A DNA stretch of 64,000 bases, from the NCBI RefSeq assembly GCF_048593235.1, contig NC_133620.1, forward strand, positions 295,445,765-295,509,764, in the 5' to 3' direction. Source of the stretch: Sminthopsis crassicaudata (taxonomy: Eukaryota). The notes beneath the pieces are model-generated. The model saw nothing but the letters and a program-made list of their open reading frames with translations. It was not told the origin of the DNA and ran no database searches. A program made the position numbers and the translations under genes. Positions 36,701 to 52,272 of this stretch are shown piece by piece; positions within the stretch are counted from its first letter, which is position 1, and the number at the start of each line of letters is the position of its first letter.

Positions 36701-39412
36701 TGTCTCAGAATTCATAAAAGATAGCATCCAGAACATGGTGTTAAGGATGTTATGGACTCCCTGCCCCCAATTCTGGACCAGACTCCAAAAATAGTCTCAA
36801 CTTTTTTTAATATAGTAGTCACTGGTCTTGGACAGGGGATCTGATATAACAGTGCAAGAATTGGGGAAAGGAGAAAAAAGAGAAAAAAGTAAAAACTTTT
36901 TTTTTTCCCTTATCTTTTCTCCCCCATGATTCTCCTTTCTAGGATGATTATCAGGCTTCCCCTGTTTCCATCCCACCCCTCTCTCAGTTGAATCCTCCTA
37001 ATATCTCTGTGCATTTTTTTATTTTAGTCACCCCACTTCCCTGGAAATATGACCATGTTTTCCAATCTCTCCCACTCTCCTTTTTCAGCCCTGGTTGGTA
37101 CTGGTTTCTGACCTGTGAGAAGTGTCAATTCGGACCCCATAACGAGTTTCTGTGTTCTGTTTCCCAACCTGGATCTCAAATCCAGGGTCAAAAAGCTGGA
37201 CAAAGGAGATAGAGCCTGTCTCTGGGCGCATGTACAGAAGAAAAGAGTCTTTCACCACCAGCCACCTGATAATAAAATGAGTTGTGATTAGTGACCAGGA
37301 ATCTGGTCACCCCCACTTCACACCAATTTTACCATTATCTATTTTTTTCACGTGTACTACACAGATGTCTGGCTCCCTAGTTCCCTTTTCCTTTATCAGT
37401 CCAAGCATCTGTCTCAGTCTCTAGTCCTCCCTCTCTCAGTGATCCAGACATCTGGCCCTCTACTTCACCTCTTGGACCATCGGTAACAGACTTGGTCTCT
37501 GCCGCAGCAGGTAAAGCCAGGAACTCGGTGCCCCCCAGAGCGCTTTCGGATCAAGCCTTCCCTGTGGGGACCAAAGTGACAGAGATTTAGTAGTCCTAGA
37601 CAGGGGTTCCCAATACTGACCCAGTCTTCTAAAGTGGAAGGAGTGGGGCACCAGTAATTGGAGAGTATTTGGGAAGGAAATAATGAGAACAGGGAGAGAA
37701 AAGAGAGCTGAGAGGTAGAACCAAGATTGTTAGTGGTATTTAGTCCAGGCCCCTTATTTTGCATAGAAGGAAGTTGAGGCCCTAGAAACTTGTCCAAAGT
37801 CATATGGAAAGTTAGTGGTGAAGACTGTGGGGATATTAGAGTTACTCACAATCCTTTAGGTCCAAGGTCAGGTATGAAGGAGAATGGACTGACTTCTAGA
37901 AATTCTGTCTAATGGAGAAAGAGAAAGAAATATCAGATTCAAGATAGCCAACTTCTATTGCCCTTAGCATTCAGACTTCTGGCCTCCCAATATCCACTAC
38001 TCTCAAGGACTAATGCATCTGGTCTCCAGCCTCCAATGCCCTCAAGGATCAGGGTTTCTCTAAGACCACCTCACCATAGCATGGTAGTTGCGGTAGAATG
38101 AAATGGCCAGGAGATGATTGAGATAATTCTCTAGGTATTTCTGGAGTGAGAAAAAAAGGAAGATGTAGTTCAGAGAAATTCCCATATCAAGATTTTGCCA
38201 AATTCACTGTCCCCTTCCTGTCCCTGACCCTACCTCTCCAGAAAAGTATCCATATTATACCTGTTTGCTGGCCCTGTGTCTGGAGGAGCCTTCAGAGCCT
38301 ACTCTGGGCAAAGAGGGGATTTCAGCTATAGTAGCAGCTTCTTGGGAGGGGGAATAGGCAACAGCAAACCTGGCAGTTGGAAGTTTGGAAAGAGGGATTG
38401 TAAATCATATACAAGTTGGAGAGAGCATCAACCCACCACTGGGTCCCCAGGAAAAGAACCACGTCAGTATTTCTGGGTAAGGAAAGTTACCAGGACATGG
38501 CTATTATGACTTTGGTGGCCCTTTTTGGCAGTTGAGACAGGAGAATGGAATGGGGAGCCTGGAATATACTTAGGAATAAAATTGGGCGTCCAACCCTGCT
38601 TGAGTGTCCGTCATGGAATTAGGGGCCCTGGTGAGTTTGTGTGTGTGTGTGTGTGTTGGTGATAGTGGTGAAGGAGGAGAAGGAATGGGGTGGGGAGCCT
38701 AGAGAAAAAATAAGGAAAAAAGGGACTGAGTTTTGTAGGAGACCAAAGATGGTCCCATTCTCCTCTCACCGGGCCAGGGGAAAGAGGCTCATGAGAACTT
38801 TGTATTTCAGCAGGTCTCGATGAAGCTCCTGGAAATTTCGGAATTTCTTCTTGGTTGTCCATGTGAAGTCACCATGAGATATTCGAACAGAGTAAAGTGT
38901 GCAGGTGCCCACCTTTGGGTTCCAAGTAGTAAGTGTCAGGCTCTTCTCCTAGGTTCTCTGAATGAGTCCCTCCCCAATCCATATATGTAAATAACCATCC
39001 TTTACTCAAGGATCTGAGAATTTGGCCCTCTGACCTTGGATCCACTGGTGTATCTCTCAGTGCCTATGACTTGGGCAGTAACAGGGACTCCAGGGGCGAA
39101 AATCCTGGGGTGATTCCTCAGGGGTTGAAGGTTATAGATGGTCAAGAAATGATGCATCCGGTCAGCTGGGGAGAGGGGAAGGTTGGAGGGGCTTAGAACC
39201 TAGGTCCCCACCCTCAGGTCTCTTGCTTTCCCTTTCTTTTCCCTATAAGTGGGACCAGACTCTTCTGTGCTCTGCCCTATATTTCCCCTCTCCCCCTCCA
39301 TATTACCTGGGTCTTCCCCTTCTTTCAAGGTGTCCAATTCATATGGTTCCATCTGCAGCTGACTGGAATCAAGGCCATCATCTCCAAAGAACATTCCTTC
39401 TGGGGTTGACAT
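27762..39412 (-). CDS. PLD2: Phospholipase D2, 24 coding exons, 2802 nt / 933 aa
   Basis: Exons (minus): 39307-39412, 39035-39165, 38770-38912, 38261-38369, 38075-38140, 37850-37908, 37469-37561, 37113-37265, 35055-35204, 33909-33992, 33646-33724, 32861-32971, 31977-32147, 31390-31516, 31106-31224, 30899-31012, 30702-30806, 30442-30530, 30213-30326, 29998-30047, 29222-29356, 28730-28883, 28541-28655, 27762-27986. All GT-AG; PX and PH regions, HEKLLVVD and HSKLLIAD (HKD motifs), PRMPWRD and C-terminal EVWT present. Confidence 0.98.
29660..29847 (+). mobile_element. MIR-type SINE in PLD2 intron (likely source of the duplicate)
   Basis: tRNA-like head, CORE (agtttcctcacctggaaaataag) and tail. 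Confidence 0.75.
32411..32550 (+). mobile_element. WSINE1-like CORE-SINE
   Basis: ggggtagctaggtggcacagtggata..gtgtgaccctgggcaagtcacttaacccca..A-tail. Confidence 0.8.
32585..32740 (+). repeat. Near-identical headless copy of MIR segment 29692-29847
   Basis: 156 nt, 5 substitutions, no indels (hand alignment). Confidence 0.95.
34011..34620 (+). mobile_element. Old L1 3' fragment in the PLD2 intron preceding exon 33909-33992
   Basis: aaaatatttatagcaactc..ggaaattgaaggga..gagaatggctgaataaattgtgg ORF2 end and 3'UTR. Confidence 0.8.
35976..36420 (+). mobile_element. Two tandem CORE-SINEs (Mar1-like 35976-36197, WSINE1-like 36255-36420)
   Basis: A/B-box-like heads, CORE domain, distinct tails. Confidence 0.75.
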
Positions 39413-39889
39413 ACTGGACAGCAGATCAAGAGATCTCAGGAATGTGAAGTCCTTCCCTTAGGACTCTGTGTTCTCAGACTTCCTTGCTTTTCGGGCTGAT
39501 CCTTCCTTTTCTGAACCTGAATGGATATTTCTTACCTTCATTTCTGATCCCGACCTTCCATTTTAACCTGAGTTCTGCCCTGTTCTGCTGACTGTTGTCT
39601 CTAACCATAACCCTAGTCCTGGTCTTGACCCTTTTCTCTGACCCTGACACCCCTTCCCAAAACCCCTCTCCTCAAAAACTCTCGTCTTCCATGCTGATCC
39701 AGCTCTGCTCCCTCCCTCACCTCCATCTCTCTCCTACACTCTCACCACCCATTTTCCAGTACTCATTCTCTTAATTCTTCAGGAAGAGGGGGAGGGGACA
39801 GTAATGAAAGAAAAGGCACCGAGCCCAGCACAGGATGTCTCAGAACTGGGGCAGAGAAAGGGGCCCTGGAAGAGAGGGGGAGGGGGAAG

Positions 39890-40300
39890 GGGAAACCCGG
39901 GGTCCCTGAGGGGCAAGTGCACCCGGCCTAATGAAGGGGCTTCAGAGACACGGGATGAACACGAGAAAGTTGAATCAGGGAAGGGTGGGGTATGGCATCA
40001 ATGAGGAAGTCCTGCTCTATCTCCCAAGCTGGGAAGGGAGGGAAATTCCGAAGTCCCGAAAGCACAGCCGGACCCCTAGTCCCACTCTTCCCAGGTCCTC
40101 TCTTCCCTCACCACTCAGAGCCAGAACCGGAGCCAGGATGCCAGCGGATCAGGAACCAGAGCAGACATCCCGAGATGATCGAGCTGGGCCGGGTCAGGCC
40201 CAGGGAGCAAATGGGGATGACTACAATGGCCTCACCCTCTGGGGCGGGACAGGGCTGGGAGTCAGAGGAGGCGGGGCACGATTCCCTGAAGCCTCACCTC
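39890..40300 (-). promoter_or_regulatory. PLD2 promoter and putative non-coding exon 1 (candidate donor TG|GTGAGG, exon end 40112)
   Basis: CpG enrichment, two GGGCGG boxes (about 40242 and 40270), ACTACAA motif; the PLD2 ATG exon begins one base after a CAG acceptor (39413), so an upstream exon is required. Confidence 0.65.
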
Positions 40301-40714
40301 CTCAGCGTTCTTGTTCATCTTGTTTCTCTATCTCTATCACAGCCGTGGGGGTAGAAGTAGGGTGTGAGGAGCAAACTGGAGGGAAGAATGAAAGCAATTG
40401 GCTGCATTTCTCTGTGTATGGGTATATGGGTATCTTGTCTCTGCATAAAGAATAAATTTGTCTCTCTCCTTCTATTAACACCCCCCCCCCGACCTTCCCT
40501 ACTCCCTAGGACCGCAAAGAAAATCTTAAATTTGTTAGGAGGATGGGGAGATGGAGAGGGGAAAGTTGAGAAAGAAAGCCTCTTCCTCTACCTCCCCCAT
40601 GCGCTATCTGACCCAGCTATGTCCTCCACCACTACCCTCCCTTCTTTCCCCTACTCATCTGTGCTACAGCCTATAATCACTGCGGCGCCTGTCTGAGGTT
40701 AAGTGGTAGTCTGA

Positions 40715-41245
<531 letters not shown>

Positions 41246-41974
41246 AATATGGGGGGACCGACACAACTCTTAGGTGACTGGCAAATCCTGACTTTGCATG
41301 TCTCATTTCTCATTAAATCTATTCTGTAGTAGGCAGTTGTGTTGATATTCTGGGGGCACCCCTAAAAATCACCTTTGCTGAGTTTAGAGCTAGTGATCAC
41401 TTACCTGTAGGAAGAAATATATGGGGGAAGAAGAGGAAATAGGGAGTGGGCTGGGATAACCCAAATGAGGTGAGGAGGAAAAAAATCTTAAAGTGTATTG
41501 ATGAGTGAATCTAGGAGACCAGAAAAAGACATGCAGTGCTTCACTTAGTTCAATCCCTTCCTCCTAATTCAACATTTCCTGCTGAATTTCAGGAAGCCTT
41601 CCCTATAGCTATTGGGTGAATCATTTGGGATGTTATTTGTGAGGATGGAGAATAATTCCTCATTTCATATGCTCAATCAACTTAGTTGATAGCAAGGGTA
41701 TGTGTTTCTTTTAAGCTGGGTTTACAGCAACTTTTATTATTTCCCAAGTGCACCTCTGGGCAGACTAGTTCTGGAACTTACAAGCTTGTTCTACTATATT
41801 CCTAGATTGGAAAATATACACAGCAAATGGAAGGGGAAATGAGGACAAGAAAACCTGAGGCAAGAGTGGGGCTCAAAGCTGGGTTAGTTATCCTTAGTAT
41901 TTTATTGGAGGATCCCTGGGTATTAGCCTCCCTCTCAGCTCTCCACTAGGAATGCTGGAACCTATAAGAAGTCT

Positions 41975-42400
41975 TGGGCAGCTAGGTGGCACAGTGGATA
42001 GAGCACCAGTCTTGAAGTCAGAAAACCCGAGTTCAAATTTCTCAGACACGTACATTTCCTATGCAACCTTGATCAAGTCATTTAACCCCAATTGCCTCAG
42101 CAACAAAAAATTTTAATTATAGCTTTTTATATACAAAACATATGCATGGGTAATTTTTCAACACTGACCCTTGCAAAAACTTGTTTCAACTTTTCCCCTC
42201 CTTCCCTCCCCTAGATCCCATGTTAAATACAATATATGTATACATATTTATACAATTATCTTGTTGCACAAGAAAGATCGGATTTTGAAATAACCCGAGG
42301 AAAAAAAAATGCAAACAGTAACAAAATGGAAATGTTATGTTGTGGTTCCAGTGTTCTCTAGGTGTAGATGATTCTGTTCATTACAGATTAATTGGAAAGC
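41975..42400. mobile_element. WSINE1-like SINE (+) abutting an L1 3'UTR (-)
   Basis: ttgggcagctaggtggcacagtggatagagcacc head; then antisense L1 tail ttttaattatagctttttat. Confidence 0.75.
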
Positions 42401-43554
42401 AACAAAAATTTTTTTTAAAAATAAGTCTCAAAGAGAATTTATGGGACCTTTGGAAAGGAAGTCAACTACCTCTTAAGTATAAAACTGCTTGTATGAGATA
42501 ATCTGATACTTATATACATATAAAGACTTTTTTTTTAGGTATAATTTTTTTTTATTTGATCCTAACTACCCTCTGTCACAATTGTAGCATAATAAATTGC
42601 CAAATAGTTAAAAACTCTTGAGATCTACCTGTGACACTCAATTGCTGTGACAGGGCGAGTTATTTAGTGTTCTAAGCAACTGCACTGGTAGTTTTCTATA
42701 ACCTGTGAAATTACAGGTCCAGTTCGTGTCTATTCAGATAAACAACTAATAAACACTGAGAGTTTTGAACCCAACCTGCCTCCTGACTCCAACTTGGAAT
42801 GGGCAGGAAAGAAAGTTATAAAATCCTATATGAGTTGGTTATTTCCATTTTCGAGATGAAGACATTGAGGAATAGGAAAATTAAATGATTTGTCTGTAGC
42901 TGGAGTTGAACTCATTTTTTCCTAACTCTAGACTCACTATTCTACCTGCTATAACCTGGCCCATTGTTCTTTCCATTCTACCTCTGGAAATGATTAGGTA
43001 GGTTTCCCTGAGGTATGTAGCTTCATGTCCTCTTTTTCCCTTTCAATTTCAATCTTATGAGATTCAGTATATGTAATAAGACTGAAAAGAAGTTCAAAGT
43101 ATAGACTGAATGTACAACACTGAACTTTTTTCCTAAAACCTTTGGTTCAGTCCTGACTCTGCCTTTCACTGTGACTTGTTAGCTTTCTTCCCCTCTATAC
43201 AAAGAGGACTGATTTGATACAAGTTATTTCAAATTCTGACATTGTGTGCCTTTTAATAGCTGACTTATGGGCTGAAAATAGGCTTGATACTAGAAAGGTT
43301 TGGAAAATATCAAAACTCCTTTTCTCTCTAAGTAGAACAAGAGATGCTCCAGGATAGGACTTACCTCTTGTGCTAATTATTTTCTTCTGAATAAGAGAAA
43401 TCCTAACCGCCCACCCACTCCATCCTCCCCACATCAGCAATCACAGCCAGCAATTATGATCCCAGTAACCCTGCTGAAGCTTAAAAGGAGGTGGGGAAAG
43501 GGAAGGAGGTGATATGGGAAAGAATCAGACACAAACTCTCCCCTTGACCCATAG

Positions 43555-43560
43555 TTTATT
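43555..43560 (-). terminator. PSMB6 polyadenylation signal AATAAA
   Basis: TTTATT on plus strand 75 nt past the stop codon. Confidence 0.8.
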
Positions 43561-43634
43561 GAATCTTGGGTATATATAAAGATGGCTTATAACTGAGGGG
43601 AGGGAGATGCACGGAGGACAGGAGGTAGCAGATC

Positions 43635-45520
<1,886 letters not shown>

Positions 45521-46049
45521 CACTAAGTAACTGAATAACTGGGGAAAGAGATTTGCTCTGGGCTGAAATCTTGTCTCCTTTTGGCCTCGGGAAGTCTTAC
45601 GGAACTTGTAGTTCTCCTGGCCTAAGATTTAGATCATGGAGGTCTGATGCATTTTTATCTTTTGAAATACAATTTTATTTCAATTTTATGTCAAGTATTT
45701 TTATTTGTTGAAAGATAAACTGTGTCTGATCTTTCCATTACCAATCGTCACCTGCATCTCTCTCCCATTTCGTGGCAGAAAGATCCCTTAACGCGAAGGA
45801 AAAAACAAACAAAAAAATTATCTGTAGAGAACTGTTCTCTGTAGAATTGTGTGCCCTATAGTTTCCCCTTATCGGCAAAGAGGAAAGGCAACCTCCGAAT
45901 TTTAAAGAAAGGAAAAGAGGTTCCTCTGGCAAGCGCCCATTCAATAAAAATGGTGAGGAAAACAGGAAAGCAGTCTGGCAAAAGTTAGGTGGATAGTCCG
46001 ACATTCCCCTACATCAGGGGTCCCAGAAGTCAAAGCGGGCTTTAAAGCT

Positions 46050-47050
46050 TTAAATAAACTTTGGGACAGCCAATATAACAATATAAGCTCCAAAGGTATA
46101 AATTAGAAGAGGAGGATTAATAATAAAAATCAGAGGAACAAAGAAAAAAATAACCGACTGTGAAAAGAAAATGGCCAAAAAATCATAGAAGGTAAAATAC
46201 ATTTTTGGCTAGATGAAGTTGATTAGTTTTTGCAGAATAAAACTAATGCAGTTAAATTTAAAAGAAAAAGTTAACTGAAAAAATAAATTTCAGAGGTTTC
46301 TTTAACATAGGTCTTACTTTCCAAGATATATAAAGAACGGATTGAAATGTATGAGTTATTCCTCAAGATAACAGTTGGCCTAAAGAAAAAACCGAAGTTC
46401 TAAAATGATATGAAATAAAATGAAATGAAAATAATGTTACAAATCACTGACAATTAGGAAAATGCAGATTAAAATTGCTGAGGTTCTACCTCATATCCTG
46501 ACAAAGTTGAGGAAAAAAGAAAGTGGAGGATTTGGAAAGACGGGTTTGTTGATACAGCTCTGAATTGGTCCAACTACTCTGAAAAGTAATTTGGATTATA
46601 AAAATTCACTAAACTGAAAATACCATTTGCCTACTATTAGGACTTTATCCAAACCCTAATAAAGATTGAGGAAATGAATAAAATTATTTGTAGCAGCTCC
46701 TTTTGTAGTGGTAAAAAACTAGAAGCTACAGAGAATACCCATTAATTGGGGACTCTGTGGACAAATTATGGTTTCTGAATGTCATAGAGATCTGTTGTAT
46801 GAAGAAAGACAATTTCAGAGAATATTACATAAACAGTAACAACAGTATTATAAAGTCAAAAGAACTTTTTAGAACTTCAATAAACTGCAATGACCATTCT
46901 CAATTCCAGAGCATTGTCGATGAAACATGCTTCCCATTCCCTAACAGAAATGAGACATAATTTAGGGACATACCATGTAGAAATATAGCATGTATATTTA
47001 TTGCAAAGATTTTATTTTAATATGGTTGACAAAAATAAAAGAGGGTCATT
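46050..47050 (+). mobile_element. Ancient, highly diverged L1 3' region
   Basis: Degenerate ORF2 C-terminal text (ggaaaatgcagattaaa, ttttgtagtggtaaaaaactagaa). Confidence 0.65.
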
Positions 47051-47412
47051 GAAGTATTTCTTTTAAACTCAGAAGAAAACAGGATAAGAAGATTATATCT
47101 CTCACTTCCCTTCCTTAGCACCAATGGTGCTAATAAATTTATCTTTATATTCATTATACATATACTTACATATATTGTTATCTATCCCATTTAGAATGTT
47201 AACTTCTTCTGATTAGAATTTGTTTCACTTTTTGTAATAGTGTTCCCAGCACCTAATATAGTGCCTGGCAATAGAAAGGCAATTATTGATTGTGAAGAAA
47301 TTGATTGCTTCATAAGTTTTGATACTCTATATAAATGTAGATTGTAATTCCCAATTGTTTCTGCTTATATAACACATACAATTCACTCCTTGTAATGACA
47401 GTTGCAAAAAAA

Positions 47413-47418
47413 TTTATT
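47413..47418 (-). terminator. GLTPD2 polyadenylation signal AATAAA
   Basis: TTTATT on plus strand about 160 nt past the stop codon. Confidence 0.6.
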
Positions 47419-47576
47419 GGCCCTACCTCCATCTTCCATCTGATAGTCATGAAAGATGCAGAGTTTTCTTGGTTCCAGGACTGAAAGGCTGTGCCACTAT
47501 GGGAGAGTGCTGCTCCCAATCATTTCCCTTCTTCTACCATTCACTGTAGGAGCCCAGAGTTTTCCCAGTGGCCCTG

Positions 47577-49171
47577 CTACCCACCCCCGGTAGACTTCAG
47601 AGTAACTCCTGCTTTTAGCAGCCTCCTTTCAGTCAGCAGCCCTTGGGTGCGGTTGTAGACAGCCTCTAACATATCAGCTACCTCAGATAGGGCCTCTTGG
47701 GTCTCCTGTTCTTTGGCTCCTGGGCATATCATCGCCAGTAGGTGGCTCTGTCTGGGGAAAGCTAGAAAGGCTAGATTTGCTGCTTGTCGGATCAGCCATG
47801 GGTGATGGGGACCTAGCACCTTTTGATAGGCTTCCTCACACAGAGCCCCTACATCTTCATTCTGAACTCTGGCGATGCTGCCCAGGCAGAGCTGGGCCCA
47901 ATGCAGAGCTCGATGCAGAAGCACCAAAGTTTGGAGACCAGAAGAGGGTTCAGAGGGATCCTGCTCCCAGTCAGCCATGGCAGAGAAGGTACGATAATGG
48001 GTGGAGTAGGGGCCTTGGGAATAAGACTCGAGGACTGAGATTTTTGCAGACGCTTCCTGGGTGGCAAAGGAAAAGAGGGTGCCCAGAGGTTCCAGGAGCC
48101 TGCAGGAGAAAGAAAAGAGATGGCCTTTATGAGATTTTGTCAGGAAGGAAGTCTTCAAGCATTATTTAAACACTTAGGATGTGCCAGGAATTCCCCTAAA
48201 TTCAAGGAATGCTGTTCTCAGGGAGCTAATGTCTAGTGGGGGAAACAACATGCAAGCAATTGTGCACAAAGAAGCTATATCCAGGGCAAATTATAGATAA
48301 CAGGCAGAGGTAAAGGCAGGGCTTCTTGTCGAAGCTGGGTTGAATTACTCAAGGGTTTTACTCACATGACCAGTTTCCTCCATCCATCCAAAAACTCGGG
48401 CATCCGTAGATCTCCCTTAGTTGTTAAACTCTCCCTGAAAGGCCTTACCATTTGACCTGGCAGCTTGTCTGGTCCTAGGCAATGAACACCTGCTTTCAAT
48501 TCAGGTTCCACCTGTGGGAACAGACATGGGAGGGAGGGCATGTCTAGCTTCCGAGGTCTGGTTTGCATCCCTCTAACCTTAATTGCACTTCTCCCATCTT
48601 TTGGAAGAAAGCAAATGAGTTGTGTTGGTGTTTCTAGTTTTGTTCTGGTCTTCTCTGAGTTCCCCATATTTAACAAAAAATAAGGCCCTATGTTTTTTGG
48701 TAATAATGGTCCAGCTGGACAATTCCTTAGACCATACATTTTTAAAAACTCTATTAGTATTCTTTAAATATGTTACATAAAAATAAACTTAAAAGTTATG
48801 ATTTTTTTTTTATTATTATTTAAAAGACAAACCGTGACCAGGGTTCTTACCTGGGAAGTCAAAGACCTCTCTGGAACACAGAGCTGAGCCCTGAATCCAC
48901 AGTCTGTGAGCTCATCTTCTGGGGAGGGGAGAGGGTGGTGGTGAAGGGGTGCAAATCAAGATTTCTCAGGGAGTTAAAGCAGAGGAAAGAATTGGGGATA
49001 GTAGAGTGGGGTTCTGGGGAGGATGAATCAGGTGGTCAGTCACTCACTGTGCTTCTCTCCAGTCAGGTAGAACAGCAACATGAAGATGAAGATGGTGAAG
49101 GGAAGACCATAGCCAAGCCAGTGCCTGGTGGCCCAAACTTTAGGGTCAGGAGACAACAGCTTTAACTTCAT
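47577..49171 (-). CDS. GLTPD2: Glycolipid transfer protein domain-containing 2, 4 exons, 286 aa
   Basis: Exons 49048-49171, 48851-48918, 48366-48511, 47577-48099 sum to 861 nt. N-terminal hydrophobic segment (HWLGYGLPFTIFIFMLLFYL); GLTP-domain motifs LLHRALHW, LGPHHPWLIRQ, VYNRTQ; adjacent to PSMB6 as in human. Start codon chosen by homology. Confidence 0.93.
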
Positions 49172-49794
49172 GATCACTGTTCTGAACCCCTGCTGCCTCC
49201 CCAACCCTCTTATCAGTACTTGTTCTGAGTGGGTGGAGAAGAATCAGTCAGACCTAGGAGGGAAGGGGCTAATAATTAAGCTTTCTATCAGTTCCTATTG
49301 GCCTTTAACCCCAGGGAAGAGCTCAGGCCAGAAGTAAAAGGAAACAGTTGCTCTCAACAATCCTATTAGACTCCTCTAGCCCTCTTTAAGTATGACACAT
49401 GACAAAACGCTCAAATGCCCTTTTGGGCAAATCTGCACTGATCCAAAAAAACATATAAATGTTTTGGTTTCCTGCTCAATTCACCCATAGGATTATAGAA
49501 AGAATTGGAGGGGATCTCACAGATCATTTAATCTAATCCTGATCTGAGCAAGAATCCCTTCTATAGCATCCCCATAAATGGTGCTCTAAAGAAAATTGTG
49601 GAATTATATTGTAAAAAATTACAAAAATCTTCACTCTTTGATTTAAAAATTCTGATCTTGTGTTTGTTTAGACACTAAGGTCTCATGATAGAAATAAAGG
49701 AGCTATCTGAACACAAATGTTCCTGGCAGAACTAATAATAATTTTTAAAAAAGGAAGAATATTACATGCCCAACTCTTTTTTTTTAATCCATTC

Positions 49795-50952
49795 TTTTTT
49801 TTTTATAATTTAATTTTTATTTTATTTTATAATTATAACTTTTTTTTTAATTTTTATTTTATTTTATAATTATAACATTTTTTGACAGTACATATGCATG
49901 GGTAATTTTTTACAACATTATCCCTTGCACGCACTTCTATTCAGATTTTTTCCCTTCCTCCCCCAACCCCCTCCCCCAGATGGCAAGCAGTCTTATATAT
50001 GTTAAATATATTACAGTATATTCTAGATACAATATATGTGTGTAGAACCGAATTTTTTGTTGCACAGGAAGAATTGGATTCAGAAGGTAAAAATAACAGT
50101 TTACATTCATTTCCCAGTGTTCCTTTTCTGGATGTAGCTGGTTCTGTCCATCATTAATCAATTGGAATTGGATTAGCTCTTCTCTATGTTGAAGAAATCC
50201 ACTTCCATCAGCATACATCCTCGTACAGTATCAATGTTGAAGTGTATAATGATCTTCTGGTTCTGCTCGTTTCACTCAGCATCAGTTGATGTAAGTCTCT
50301 CCAAGCCTCTCTGTATTTCTCCTGTTGGTCATTTCTCACAGAACAATAATATTCCATAACATTCATATACCATAATTTACCCAACCATTCTCCAATTGAT
50401 GGACATCCATTCATCTTCCAGCTTCTAGCCACTATGAAAAGGGCTGCCACAAACATTTTGGCACATACAGGACCCTTTCCCTTCTTTAGTATTTCCTTGG
50501 GATATAAGCCCAGTAGTAGTATGGCTGGGTCAAAGGGTATGCACAATTTGATAACTTTTTGTGCATAATTCCAGATTGCTCTCCAGAATGGTTGGATTCT
50601 TTCACAACTCCACCAACAATGCATCAGTGTCCCAGTTTTCCCACAGCCCCTCCAACATTCATCATTATTTGTTCCTGTCATCTTAGCCAATCTGACAGGT
50701 GTGTAATGATACCTCAGAGTTGCCTTAATTTGCATTTCTCTGATCAATAGTGATTTGGAACACTCTTTCATATGAGTGGAAATAGTTTTAATTTCATCAT
50801 CTGAAAATTGTCTGTTCATATCCTTTGACCATTTATCAATTGGAGAATGGCTTGATTTCTTATAAATTAAAGTCAATTCTCTGTATATTTTGGAGATGAG
50901 GCCTTTATCAGAACCTTTAACTGTAAAAATTTTTTCCCAATTTGTTACTTCT
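49795..50952 (-). mobile_element. Young 5'-truncated L1
   Basis: Uninterrupted 222-aa ORF2 C-terminus (50208-50876) with CWRGC..HCWWSC knuckle, 3'UTR, partly duplicated tail. Confidence 0.95.
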
Positions 50953-52272
50953 CAAGGGAATGAATTAAAAAAATGCCAATGAAGATGGCCTAACTGTAAC
51001 AGATCTAAATTTTTATCATAAAGCAGCAGTTATCAAAAACGTTTGGTACCGGTTTAGAAAAAAGAGTAGTGGATCAGTGGAATAGGTTAGGGTGACAACA
51101 AGGTGATAACTAAGTAGAATTGATAAGACAATGGTTATCTAGTTTAGCATGGTGATTAATAATTCTCTAGTTCAGTATGATTGAATTAATCTTACAATGG
51201 TTCTGTAGTGATATAATGATGGCTTATACTCAGGATGATGAATGGATTTAATTGTAATAAAGTATTTAAGAGGCCAGAGTCAGACTTAGAGGAAACTGGA
51301 ACAGACTCGGGGAAGACAGAGGACTGGAGGCTGGAGCACAAGCTCCCAGATTCAGGGAGATTTCAAGACAGAGATCATCATGGCAGTCCCCCTGCCTCCC
51401 CCACAGAAACCAAGACACATTCCAGAAGACCTCCAGAAAGCTAGCCTGGGGCCCTGGGCAAGGAGATAAGACTGTGAAGGAAACAAAGATTTTTGGACTT
51501 TATTTCTGGTTATTCTCCTGGTGATTACTCTGTTGAAGTGAAGGCTGATCCAGAGACCTCCAGAAAACTAACCAGAACACTACATATAGCAATCTAGTGT
51601 TTGACAAACCCAAAGACCCCAGCTTTTGGGATAAGAACTCACTATTTGACAAAAACTGCTGGGAAAATTAGAAACTAGTATGGCAAAAACTAGGCACTGA
51701 CCCATACCTAACATCATATACCAAGATAAGGAGGAAATGGGTTCATGATTTAGACATAAAGAGTAATATTATAAGCAAATTAGAAGAACATAGCATAGTT
51801 TACTTCTCAGATCTGTAGAAAAGGAAGGAATTTGTGACCAAAGAAGAACTGGAGAATTATTGATCACAAAATAGATAATTTTTATTATATTATGTTAAAA
51901 AAAATTTAAACAAAGATTAGAAGGGAAGCAATAAACTGGGAAAACATTTTTACATTCAAGGGTTTTGATAAAAGTCTCATTTCTAAAAACTCAAATTTAT
52001 AAGAATTCAAGCCATTCTCCAATTGATAAATGGTCAAAGGATATGAGCAGACAATTTTCAGAGGAAGAAATTGAAACCATTTCTAGTCATATGAAAATCT
52101 AAATCACTATTGATCAGAGAAATGCAAATTAAGACAACTCTGAGGCACCATTATACCTCTCAGATTGGCTAAGATGATGGGAAAAGATAATGATGTCTGG
52201 TTTGATTTGATTTTTCTTGTGCAGCAAGATAATTCTACAAATATGTATGCATATATTAGATTTAACATATTT
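50953..52272 (+). mobile_element. Older L1 fragment interrupted by LTR and internally deleted
   Basis: ORF2 text before 51092 resumes at 51585 (tatagcaatctagtgtttgacaaaccc). Confidence 0.85.
51093..51584 (+). mobile_element. Solo LTR nested in L1 (left boundary uncertain)
   Basis: GTATTTAAG TATA-like motif, degenerate polyA signal, ends ...AACACTACA; internal repeat gacctccagaaa. Confidence 0.7.

Noticed and set aside
38913-38940. Weak AAG acceptor before PLD2 exon 38770-38912 as a sign of mis-splicing
   Set aside because: It is the first AG after a CTGAC branch motif and gives the expected 143-nt in-frame exon.
39931-40696. Plus-strand 174-, 120- and 110-aa ORFs at the PLD2 promoter
   Set aside because: No recognisable domain; the real small gene starts at 40826.
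47777-48169. 130-aa ORF antisense to GLTPD2 last exon
   Set aside because: Explained by antisense codon structure of the real exon.
50208-50876. 222-aa ORF with Cys/His knuckle as a host gene
   Set aside because: It is the L1 ORF2 C-terminus, repeated several times in the window.
50940-52272. Twin-priming 5' inversion of the young L1
   Set aside because: The plus-strand piece overlaps the minus piece in L1 coordinates and looks like an older subfamily; separate insertions.
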